Shown piece by piece: positions 48,121-55,699 of a stretch of DNA of 64,000 bases. The stretch spans positions 12,186 through 76,185 of the forward strand of contig CAZRFN010000001.1 of the NCBI GenBank assembly GCA_964599335.1, given 5' to 3'. Origin of the DNA: an uncultured Acidibacter sp. GTDB taxonomy: Bacteria; Pseudomonadota; Gammaproteobacteria; Steroidobacterales; Steroidobacteraceae. The notes under the pieces were generated by a model, which did no database searches, had not been told where the DNA came from, and saw only the letters and a program-made list of their open reading frames with translations. The translations under genes and the position numbers were made by a program. The first letter of the stretch is position 1. The number at the start of each line of letters is the position of its first letter.

Positions 48121-49532
48121 GTTTTTGATCCGGATGTCATGGTCATGGTAGCGAGATCGAGTCTTGCTCCCGGCTTCGGCACGATAGCCTTGCCGCCCAG
48201 TTTGTCTATTTTATGTTGCAGTGCTTGAGCCGGCTCAGGTTCGCCATGCACCAGACAGACCAAGGGTCGGCCAGCAAACGACTCATACCACCTCAAGAGA
48301 TCGGCCTGATCGCCATGGGCCGAGAGCCCACCAACGGTGTGCACCTTGGCCCGCAGGTGCAGTGTTTGCCCGTGAATGCGGACTTGCGACACTCGGTCGA
48401 CGAGCTGACGACCGAGCGTACCGGGCGCCTGAAACCCCGTGATCATGACGTGACACTCGGGTCGCTCCAGGTTCTGCAGGAAGTGATGCAGGATTCGACC
48501 GCCATTGCACATGCCGCTGCCGGCAATGATGAACGCTCGAGTCCGAATGGAGTTGATCTCGCGCGACTGCTGCGGCGTCTTGCACAGACATAAATTGGGC
48601 AGCTCAGGCATCGATTCGAAATTTTCCCGAAGGCGCCGCGCTTCCTCGTCGAAACGCTCGGCGTGAGCCCAATAAATTTTGCTTGCCTCGATGGCCATCG
48701 GGCTGTCGAGGAAAATCTTCCAGCGATCGAGGCCCCATTCTCCGAAATGCTGCCCGAGTAGGTAAAGAATTTCTTGGCTTCTCCCCACTGCGAAAGCGGG
48801 CACGAGTATGTTGCCTTTGTCTCGATCGGCTTCACGGATGATCTCGCCGATTTCTGTGACGGTATCTTCTCGACGACGATGGAGGCGGTCTCCATAAGTG
48901 CTCTCCATGAGCACGAGGTCTGCGGACTCAAAACGGTAAGGGTCGAGAAGAATGGGCGAGTCGTATTGACCGAGGTCGCCACTGAACACGATGCGCTTCG
49001 TTACGCCGTTTTCGGAGCATGAGACCTCGATGCTGCTCGAACCGAGAATATGCCCCGCATCTCGTATCCGCAGAGACACTCCGGGGAAGGGCGCGTATTC
49101 AGTGTCATAGCGCAGCGCTCGTACGAGCTTCAGCGCGCGTTCGACGTCGTCCAGATCGAACAAAGGCTCGAATACTGGCTCGTTCTCGTCGGTCCTTCGC
49201 GCACGCCGCTCCGCCTCTCGTGCTGCAAGGTCTGCCGTATCGCGAAGCAGAAGAGGCAGCAGGTCGCGACAGGCTGCGTTCGTATAGATCGTGCCTCGAA
49301 AGCCTCTCTTGACCAACAGAGGCAAGCGCCCGCAATGATCGATGTGCGCATGAGTCAGCAGCACAGCGTCGATATGCGCGGGATCGAACGGAAAGTCGAG
49401 GCGATTACGGCGGGTCGCATCACGACCGCCCTGAACAAGACCACAATCGACGAGCAGAGTCCGTCCACCTACCCTGAGGATGTGGCAGGATCCCGTTACT
49501 TCACCGGCCGCGCCGAAGAATTCGATTTCCAA
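48117..49532 (-). CDS. MBL-fold metallo-hydrolase with beta-CASP/RNA-metabolising domain
   Basis: 'FFGAAGEVTGSCHIL', 'THAHIDHCGRLP' (HxHxDH), 'FSGDLG', 'ESTYGD', 'GLSAHGDQADL'. TTG start preceded by AGGAG. Confidence 0.85.
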   Translation of the reverse strand: MEIEFFGAAGEVTGSCHILRVGGRTLLVDCGLVQGGRDATRRNRLDFPFDPAHIDAVLLTHAHIDHCGRLPLLVKRGFRGTIYTNAACRDLLPLLLRDTADLAAREAERRARRTDENEPVFEPLFDLDDVERALKLVRALRYDTEYAPFPGVSLRIRDAGHILGSSSIEVSCSENGVTKRIVFSGDLGQYDSPILLDPYRFESADLVLMESTYGDRLHRRREDTVTEIGEIIREADRDKGNILVPAFAVGRSQEILYLLGQHFGEWGLDRWKIFLDSPMAIEASKIYWAHAERFDEEARRLRENFESMPELPNLCLCKTPQQSREINSIRTRAFIIAGSGMCNGGRILHHFLQNLERPECHVMITGFQAPGTLGRQLVDRVSQVRIHGQTLHLRAKVHTVGGLSAHGDQADLLRWYESFAGRPLVCLVHGEPEPAQALQHKIDKLGGKAIVPKPGARLDLATMTMTSGSKT

Positions 49533-49601
49533 GTCTGAGCTCCTGAGACGTCAACTTGGGTATAGTCCAATCGTCCGCTGCATGTTACCCGGAGAATCTG
49601 T

Positions 49602-50069
49602 GTGATCAGCCTCAAAGTGAACGGTGTGGTTCGAGAGGTCGACGTCGAAGCCGATGCGCCCCTCCTGTGGGTCATCCGCGACGTACTGAAGCTCACGGGC
49701 ACGAAGTATGGGTGCGGAATCGCTCAGTGCGGGGCCTGCACGGTGCACCTCGATGGACAGCCGATTCGATCATGCGTCACCCCGGTCTCAGTCGTCGGCA
49801 GTAGCGAGATCAGCACTATCGAAAATCTATCGGGTGATGCAGGGACGCATCCTGTGCAAAAAGCCTGGCTAGAACTCGACGTCGTGCAATGCGGCTACTG
49901 TCAGTCGGGCCAGATCATGGCGGCAGCGGCTCTTCTCGAAGTACAACCCAATCCGACGGATGACGACATCGACGCCGCGATGAATGGCAATCTTTGTCGC
50001 TGTGGAACTTATCCCCGCATCCGTGCTGCCGTGAAGCGCGCCGCCGAGATCAAGCGCAGCTCGACCTGA
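49602..50069 (+). CDS. (2Fe-2S)-binding small subunit of a molybdopterin hydroxylase (IorA/CoxS-like)
   Basis: '[26 protein letters not shown]' and '[18 protein letters not shown]'. GTG start with GGAGA SD. Confidence 0.85.
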   Translation: MISLKVNGVVREVDVEADAPLLWVIRDVLKLTGTKYGCGIAQCGACTVHLDGQPIRSCVTPVSVVGSSEISTIENLSGDAGTHPVQKAWLELDVVQCGYCQSGQIMAAAALLEVQPNPTDDDIDAAMNGNLCRCGTYPRIRAAVKRAAEIKRSST

Positions 50070-50070
50070 T

Positions 50071-50087
50071 CGCCGAGGCGATCGGCG
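50071..50087. terminator. hairpin between convergent genes
   Basis: CGCCGA-GGCGA-TCGGCG, a 6-bp stem in the 34-nt gap between convergent stops. No T-tract. Confidence 0.3.
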
Positions 50088-50103
50088 CCGTAACGGGGTG
50101 CGG

Positions 50104-51444
50104 TTACTTCGACGGTGTGATGGCCGGCGCGCCACCGGCGCCCGCAGTCAAGTAATCGAGCGCGAGCTGCCCGAAAGTCCGGCTCGCAATCGGGATGGCG
50201 GTTTCATCGACGTAAAACAGCGGCGAATGGTTCGATGCGGCCGTGAGCATGTTCTGATCTTTCGGCGTCACTCCCACGAAGAAAAAGAAACTCGGCACTT
50301 GCTCTGCGAAGAAGGCGAAGTCTTCGGCGCCCGTGACGAGCGGAACCGCTCGAACATTAGAAGCCCCTGCCGCTCGTCTCAGAGACGGAAGCACTCTCTC
50401 GGTCAAGGAGGGGTCGTTGCGTACCACGGGGTTGCTGCCGGACTGGATTTCGAACGTAGCCGTCGCCCCGCTCGCCTCGGCGATATTCGTCACCATACGA
50501 TCGATATTTTTGATGATTGCCGCACGCTGTTGCGGATCGAAGGTGCGGATCGTGCCGAGCATTTCGACTTGATCGGGCACGATGTTGAACCGGATCCCGC
50601 CCTTGATCGCTCCGACAGTGACGACCGCGGGGTTCAGGGTGATGTCTGTCTGACGACTCACTACCGTCTGCAGGGCGTTTACGATTTGCGAGGAAATCAC
50701 GATGGGGTCGACCCCACTCCAGGGCCGAGCCCCGTGGGTTTGCTTGCCTTTGACCAGGATGCGATAGGTATCGGAGCCTGCCATCAGAGGTCCGCCGCGA
50801 TATCCGATCATGCCCGTCGGCATGTTGGCGAAGACGTGTAACCCGAAGACAGCCTCGGGTCGGTGACGTTGTAGCGCGCCCTCTTCGATCATCAGCGAAG
50901 CGCCGCCCTTCTCGCCTTCCGGTGCACCCTCTTCGGCAGGTTGGAACAAAAAAATCACTGTGCCGGGCAGCTCGGCTTTCATACTGACGAACGCTTCGGC
51001 CAGCCCCATCAATACTGAAGTGTGCACATCGTGTCCGCAGGCATGCATGACGCCGACCGTTTCGTTGCGGTACGACGTCGTGGCGCGCGAGCGGAACGGA
51101 ACATCGGTTTGTTCGACGACCGGCAGACCGTCCATGTCTGCACGCAAGGCGATGGTGGGCCCGGGCTTTCCGCCCTTGAGCACCCCGATGACGCCGGTCT
51201 TTGCGATACCCGTCTGTACTTCGAGTCCGAGTCGCTTCAAATGTTCCGCCACGATCTTGGAGGTTCGGAACTCGCGATTCGACAATTCGGGATTCTGGTG
51301 GAGATCACGACGCCATTCGATGACGCGAGGCTCGAGTGTCGTGATTGCAGCATCGAGTCGCGTGCCGAGATCTTGTGCGAAGGCGGTGGCGCCCGAGAGC
51401 AAGGTTGCGACGAAGGCTATATTGAGACGAGTCAGGCGCGACAT
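50104..51444 (-). CDS. M20 family amidohydrolase (aminoacylase/hippurate hydrolase-like), secreted
   Basis: Signal peptide 'IAFVATLLSGATAFAQD'. 'ALRADMDGLP', 'MHACGHDVH', 'FQPAEEG'. Confidence 0.85.
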   Translation of the reverse strand: MSRLTRLNIAFVATLLSGATAFAQDLGTRLDAAITTLEPRVIEWRRDLHQNPELSNREFRTSKIVAEHLKRLGLEVQTGIAKTGVIGVLKGGKPGPTIALRADMDGLPVVEQTDVPFRSRATTSYRNETVGVMHACGHDVHTSVLMGLAEAFVSMKAELPGTVIFLFQPAEEGAPEGEKGGASLMIEEGALQRHRPEAVFGLHVFANMPTGMIGYRGGPLMAGSDTYRILVKGKQTHGARPWSGVDPIVISSQIVNALQTVVSRQTDITLNPAVVTVGAIKGGIRFNIVPDQVEMLGTIRTFDPQQRAAIIKNIDRMVTNIAEASGATATFEIQSGSNPVVRNDPSLTERVLPSLRRAAGASNVRAVPLVTGAEDFAFFAEQVPSFFFFVGVTPKDQNMLTAASNHSPLFYVDETAIPIASRTFGQLALDYLTAGAGGAPAITPSK

Positions 51445-51502
51445 GGAGCATCTCCGAAGAGGGTTCCGTCACACCTTAATACGCGGCGAGTACGCCGAGC
51501 AA

Positions 51503-52534
51503 TCACGCGATACGGACGAGCTCGAAGATAGAGAGTTTCCCGCCGCGTTCGCCAACCGCTACGAAGCGCCCGTCTGGAGACCATCGAAGGCAGGTGGGTT
51601 CAGAATCGGTCAGCTGGGCGTCGAGCGCGCTCGAGGATTTACCTGGCAACCACAACGAAACCCGCCAGTCTCGTCCGCCAGTCACGAGATGATTGCCTGA
51701 GGGCTGAAACGCCACGCACTCGATTCGATCGGTGTGCCCGCGTAACTGCACAGGACGAGAACCTTCCGGACCCTTGCCACTGAAGTCCCAGATGACGACC
51801 TGGTCATCTGCCGCCGTCGCAAGATAACGGGAATCACCGCTCCACGAGACCTGCTCGACTTTCGAGGGGTAACCCCGCATCTGCGAATCGCGTCCCGTCG
51901 ACAGATGCCAAAAATGAACGGAACCATCCTGTGTTCCCGTGGCGAGATATCGGCCATTAGGACTGAAAGCCACCGCGAGACACGGCGCAGCCCATTTGTA
52001 CTGACGAATCTGAAATCGAGGCGGTTCGACGCGATGCACCATGAGACCGCCATTGATTGCCGCGCCTAAGTCTCGGCCGGGTTTGTCCCAGCCCAAGGCG
52101 ACGACGGTCGCGAGTGACGGCGCGAAGACATGCTCCTTTTCGAGCGATGGCGACCAGAGCGTGATCTGCTTGCCTGCGGCGGTGGCCAAGCGTTTCCCAT
52201 CGGAAGTCCAAGCGACGGCTGTCGTCCAGGCCATCGCCGGACGCTGTTCAGAAACGAGCGCGCCCTCAGCATTGTAAAGAGCGAGGCGAGAGTCTTGGCC
52301 GCTGGTGACGAACACCTCTCCGCGCGGCTGCCAAGCCACCGTGATGGCGCCCATGCCATGCTCGCCGACCTCCCGCGCCGTGATCGACGAAGCATCGTGC
52401 GCGAGTAAAAATATTTTACCTTCTCCGCCCGCCACAGCTAACCGACGCGAGTCAGCAGACCAAGACACCTCGGTGACGTAGTCATCGAGAGCGACGCTGC
52501 TGCGTCGTTCGAGAATGGCGGAGGGCTGCTTCAC
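51503..52534 (-). CDS. WD40-repeat (beta-propeller) protein
   Basis: Repeated 'V..V.WS.DGR.LA.....G...LW/FW' units (for example 'VAFSPNGRYLATGTQDGSVHFWH', 'VSWSGDSRYLATAADDQVVIWD'). GTG 52534 overlaps the COG0523 stop (GTGA). Confidence 0.75.
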   Translation of the reverse strand: MKQPSAILERRSSVALDDYVTEVSWSADSRRLAVAGGEGKIFLLAHDASSITAREVGEHGMGAITVAWQPRGEVFVTSGQDSRLALYNAEGALVSEQRPAMAWTTAVAWTSDGKRLATAAGKQITLWSPSLEKEHVFAPSLATVVALGWDKPGRDLGAAINGGLMVHRVEPPRFQIRQYKWAAPCLAVAFSPNGRYLATGTQDGSVHFWHLSTGRDSQMRGYPSKVEQVSWSGDSRYLATAADDQVVIWDFSGKGPEGSRPVQLRGHTDRIECVAFQPSGNHLVTGGRDWRVSLWLPGKSSSALDAQLTDSEPTCLRWSPDGRFVAVGERGGKLSIFELVRIA

Positions 52535-53961
52535 GCGATGCAGGAGTGGAATCCGGCCTCGAGTTCTTGCCGGTCGAGTTTTCGTCCGATGAATACCAAC
52601 GTGTTCTGCCGCGTAGTGCCAGACGGCCACGGGCGCTCGAGTTGTCCATCGAACATCATGTGGACGCCGTGGAAGACGTAACGACGATCTTCGCCCTTGA
52701 GTGACAACACACCCTTCATACGAAAGATATCGGCGCCGCGACTCTTTAGCAGGTACGACAGCCAGTCGTTGACCTTCTTCGCATCGAGCGGACGGGGATC
52801 ACTGATGCCGATCGACGAAATCTCCTCGTCGTGGTGATGCGAAGCGAATGCACGCTGAGCAGCCGGTCGAACGCCGTCGATACGTAGATCGAATTCTGCC
52901 GGAGCATGCTCGCAGAATATTGCGTAGGCGCCTGCCTTGGGCACCTCGATGTCGAAATGGCTGCCGTCGTGATCGACATCGATGGCATAACGCGCATTGC
53001 CCGGAACGATGCGACCGCCGCAGGTGACAGGTTTCGCCTCTTCGGCGAAAGCCCTTACGGCTGGCTCGATTGTCGCATCAAGTGCCGCCGGATCCGCTGC
53101 GGATGCCGGTAGCATCACGAGACCGAGACCGCCTGCGTGCGCGTGATCGTGGCCATGATGATCGTGGTCGTGACCATGATCGTGGTCGTGCCTATGGTCG
53201 TGGCCATGGTCGTGATGGTGATCGTGATGGGCATGCGCCTCAGAGCCGGTTCGCAGGGTGAATCGTCCGGCGGGCAACTCGTAAACTCCGCCCCACTCGA
53301 AAGGATATTCAGGCTCGAGAAAACTGCCGTCGACAGCCAAAGCCCGCTGCAAGTCGAAGGCGCCAACGTCGAGTACACGATCGATAGGCACATTCGCGTT
53401 TTGGGTGCGGAAAATCTTTGCCGTACCGTTCATGGCTCGTATCCGACGCTCGATTCGCTCGAGCTCTGCCCCGGTCACGAGGTCTGTCTTGTTGAGCAAG
53501 ATGACATCGGCGAAAGCAACTTGCTCACCCGGCTCTTTCATCTCTTCGAGATGCTTTTCGATGTGTCGCGCATCGATCACCGTGACGATCGCATCGAGCA
53601 GAAACTGCTGCTTGAAGTCGTCGTCGAGAAAGAAGGTTTGCGCTACGGGGCCCGGATCGGCCATCCCGGTCGTTTCGACGATGATGTAGTCGAACTTGTC
53701 GCGACGCTTGAGCAGCTGTCCGAGAATACGTAGCAAGTCGCCGCGCACCGTACAGCAGATGCAGCCGTTGTTCGTTTCGAAGATTTCCTCTTCGGCACCG
53801 ATGACGAGCTGATGATCGACACCCACCTCACCGAACTCGTTCTCGATCACGGCAATGCGTTTGCCGTGGTGTTCGGAGAGGATGCGATTGAGCAGCGTGG
53901 TCTTTCCAGACCCCAAGAATCCCGTCAGGACGGTGACGGGCACCCGATCCGTGGTCGCCAT
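52531..53961 (-). CDS. COG0523 (CobW/ZigA/YeiR-like) G3E GTPase metallochaperone with His-rich tract
   Basis: From ATG 53961: 'VTVLTGFLGSGKTTLLNRIL', 'ENEFGE', 'GCICCT' (CxCC), 'ETTGMADP', 'NKTDL', His tract 'HAHHDHHHDHGHDHRHDHDHGHDHDHHGHDHAH', C-terminal 'IFRMKGVL'. Confidence 0.85.
   Translation of the reverse strand: MATTDRVPVTVLTGFLGSGKTTLLNRILSEHHGKRIAVIENEFGEVGVDHQLVIGAEEEIFETNNGCICCTVRGDLLRILGQLLKRRDKFDYIIVETTGMADPGPVAQTFFLDDDFKQQFLLDAIVTVIDARHIEKHLEEMKEPGEQVAFADVILLNKTDLVTGAELERIERRIRAMNGTAKIFRTQNANVPIDRVLDVGAFDLQRALAVDGSFLEPEYPFEWGGVYELPAGRFTLRTGSEAHAHHDHHHDHGHDHRHDHDHGHDHDHHGHDHAHAGGLGLVMLPASAADPAALDATIEPAVRAFAEEAKPVTCGGRIVPGNARYAIDVDHDGSHFDIEVPKAGAYAIFCEHAPAEFDLRIDGVRPAAQRAFASHHHDEEISSIGISDPRPLDAKKVNDWLSYLLKSRGADIFRMKGVLSLKGEDRRYVFHGVHMMFDGQLERPWPSGTTRQNTLVFIGRKLDRQELEAGFHSCIA
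53137..53237 (-). repeat. imperfect tandem His/Asp codon repeats (coding low complexity)
   Basis: Plus strand shows reiterated gtgatcgtgg / catgatcgtggtcgtg units encoding the HDH repeats of the COG0523 protein. Confidence 0.7.
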
Positions 53962-53985
53962 AGGGGTCACATGATAACTTAAGGC

Positions 53986-54498
53986 ATGGCCAAACCTCGC
54001 GATCTCGAATCCACTCATGCGCACTCGCATGCCGCGGGACACGACCACGCCGCGTGCATCGTCGAGGCCGTTCGAAATGCAGCGGAGGTCTGCGCGGAGC
54101 GCGGGCTCAACCTGACTCCCGTCCGTCGGCGGATTCTCGAGATCGTCTGGCGAGCGCACGAACCCATCGGGGCGTACGAGATCCTCGCCGAGCTCGCAAA
54201 AGAGCGTGATAAAGCCGCACCGCCCACGGTCTATCGTGCCCTCGAATTTTTGATCGATGCCGGGCTCGTGCACCGCATCGATTCACTCAATGCTTTCATC
54301 GGCTGCGACGAACCCGCGCGCGCGCACGTTGCGCAATTTCTGGTTTGCCGAAAGTGTCATCGAGTCGTGGAGATCGACGACCCGGAGATCAACCGATTGC
54401 TCGCCGAGAAGTCTCTTGCGGCAGGGTTCCGTATCGAACCGACGTCACTCGAAATCAAGGGGCTGTGCGGCGACTGCGAAGCGTCGCACGCCGACTGA
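53986..54498 (+). CDS. zur: Fur-family zinc uptake regulator
   Basis: 'LTPVRRRILEIVWRAHEPIGAYEILAEL', 'PTVYRALEFLIDAGLVHRI', 'CRKCHRV..C..C' paired Cys. Divergent from the COG0523 gene, a classical Zur context. Confidence 0.8.
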   Translation: MAKPRDLESTHAHSHAAGHDHAACIVEAVRNAAEVCAERGLNLTPVRRRILEIVWRAHEPIGAYEILAELAKERDKAAPPTVYRALEFLIDAGLVHRIDSLNAFIGCDEPARAHVAQFLVCRKCHRVVEIDDPEINRLLAEKSLAAGFRIEPTSLEIKGLCGDCEASHAD

Positions 54499-54504
54499 TC
54501 GACC

Positions 54505-54948
54505 TCAGCGGGTCGCGACTAGCCAAATACCCGAAATCAACAATACGATGCCCACCACCCGTCCGAGACTGACGGGATGCTGGGGAAAACCCAGCAGGCC
54601 GAAGTGATCGACGATCACGGAGGCCAGCATTTGTCCGGCGACGGTCAAGGCGAGGAGCAGCAGCGCGCCGAGCCTGGGACCCGCGAACGTGGCGACGCCG
54701 ACATAAAGCGCACCGAACAGCCCACCGAGCCACGCCCAGGCGGGGACGCTGGCGAAGGCTTCACGAGCCGGCCATGACTGCCGCGTCAAAAACATGAACA
54801 CGGCGATCGCCGTCGTCCCGATCAAGAAATTGGCCAGCGTGCCGTACACCGCACCACCGAGCGCACGGCTGACCGCCATATTGAGCCCGACTTGAATGAC
54901 GAGCCCGGCTCCGACGAGAAACGCGATCAGCATGAATACACTTTGCAC
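54505..54948 (-). CDS. DMT-superfamily small membrane protein (DUF606/YdcZ-like)
   Basis: 147 aa, 5 TM, 'LVGAGLVIQVGLNMAVS'. GTG start, with an alternative ATG at 54933. Confidence 0.65.
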   Translation of the reverse strand: MQSVFMLIAFLVGAGLVIQVGLNMAVSRALGGAVYGTLANFLIGTTAIAVFMFLTRQSWPAREAFASVPAWAWLGGLFGALYVGVATFAGPRLGALLLLALTVAGQMLASVIVDHFGLLGFPQHPVSLGRVVGIVLLISGIWLVATR

Positions 54949-54952
54949 GGGG

Positions 54953-55132
54953 TCAACTTCTCTGGTGTGTGCCGTAACGACGCGCGATCCAGGTGCGCCC
55001 CACGGAGGTTTGTAATGCCCACAGCACGAGGCGCCAGAGCAAGCGCTTACCGAAAGGAACCGGGCGCGGCGGAATGACCGCCTGAATTGCGGTGCCGACG
55101 TCCTCGTGGTGCAGCGGGGCTCTGTCCATCAT
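54953..55132 (-). CDS. possible small protein (59 aa), uncertain
   Basis: High third-position GC in this frame (about 78% by hand count). 'FGKRLLWRLVLWALQ' is an amphipathic/hydrophobic segment. No SD or family recognised. Confidence 0.3.
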   Translation of the reverse strand: MMDRAPLHHEDVGTAIQAVIPPRPVPFGKRLLWRLVLWALQTSVGRTWIARRYGTHQRS

Positions 55133-55156
55133 CCACGCGAGGATAGCGGGCGGATC

Positions 55157-55699
55157 ATGCCTCGCGCTAGGCTTGTCCCACCGAGAAATGCCGTGAACAC
55201 CATTCCGCAGCATACGCGCACGCTGATAGAACGATTGCTCGAGAGCTATTGCGAGAGAGTGTGTCCGCCTACGGCTCGCAACACAGTTTTGATCGGTTAT
55301 CGCATCGCGGAAGATCATGCGGTGATCTACGAACTCAAACGCATCTGCGGCGTACCGGGAACTTGCCTACCCTCACCCGTCGCGCGATTCCGTTATCGAG
55401 ACACGACCCAAGATTGGGCTCTCGATTATTTTGATCAGGATGCTGCAAAGACCGGCGCGTGGCGTCGTTACCGCCCTCTCTCGCAAAGCCGCAGTTTCAT
55501 CGAGCTCTTACGCGAGTTCGATCTCGACCCCGTCGGTCACTTCTGGGGCCGCCTCGACGGGAAGAGCCTGAGGTGGTGCAGCGCCAAAGGGCGTTGCGTC
55601 GAGTGCGATGTCCGTTACAAACAGATCCTCGGGCTCGCCGTTCCCATCGGCTCGCCGTCCACCGGTCATCAAAAGTTATACCGAAGCGTCACGCCATAA
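55157..55699 (+). CDS. hypothetical protein (DUF3024-like?)
   Basis: 'VARFRYRDTTQDWALDYFDQDAAKTGAWRRY' resembles the DUF3024 core. The start is uncertain (ATG 55157 or GTG 55193). The 3' end overlaps the convergent TBDR gene by 31 nt. Confidence 0.45.
   Translation: MPRARLVPPRNAVNTIPQHTRTLIERLLESYCERVCPPTARNTVLIGYRIAEDHAVIYELKRICGVPGTCLPSPVARFRYRDTTQDWALDYFDQDAAKTGAWRRYRPLSQSRSFIELLREFDLDPVGHFWGRLDGKSLRWCSAKGRCVECDVRYKQILGLAVPIGSPSTGHQKLYRSVTP

Noticed and set aside
53137-53237. Short tandem DNA repeats that might be a CRISPR-like or VNTR element.
   Set aside because: They are in frame and encode the His/Asp tract of the COG0523 protein. No spacer-repeat organisation is present. Kept only as a coding low-complexity repeat.
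53962-53985. Possible Zur box in the 24-bp zur/COG0523 intergenic region (aggggtcacatgataacttaaggc).
   Set aside because: It contains ATGATAAC, which resembles half of a GTTAT/ATAAC-type Zur site. I could not find a convincing palindromic partner. It needs a genome-derived PWM.
53962-54273. 104-aa N-terminal extension of the COG0523 ORF running through the zur start.
   Set aside because: The conserved GTPase N-terminus 'MATTDRVPVTVLTGFLGSGKTT' begins at ATG 53961. The extension would fully overlap the divergent zur coding region.
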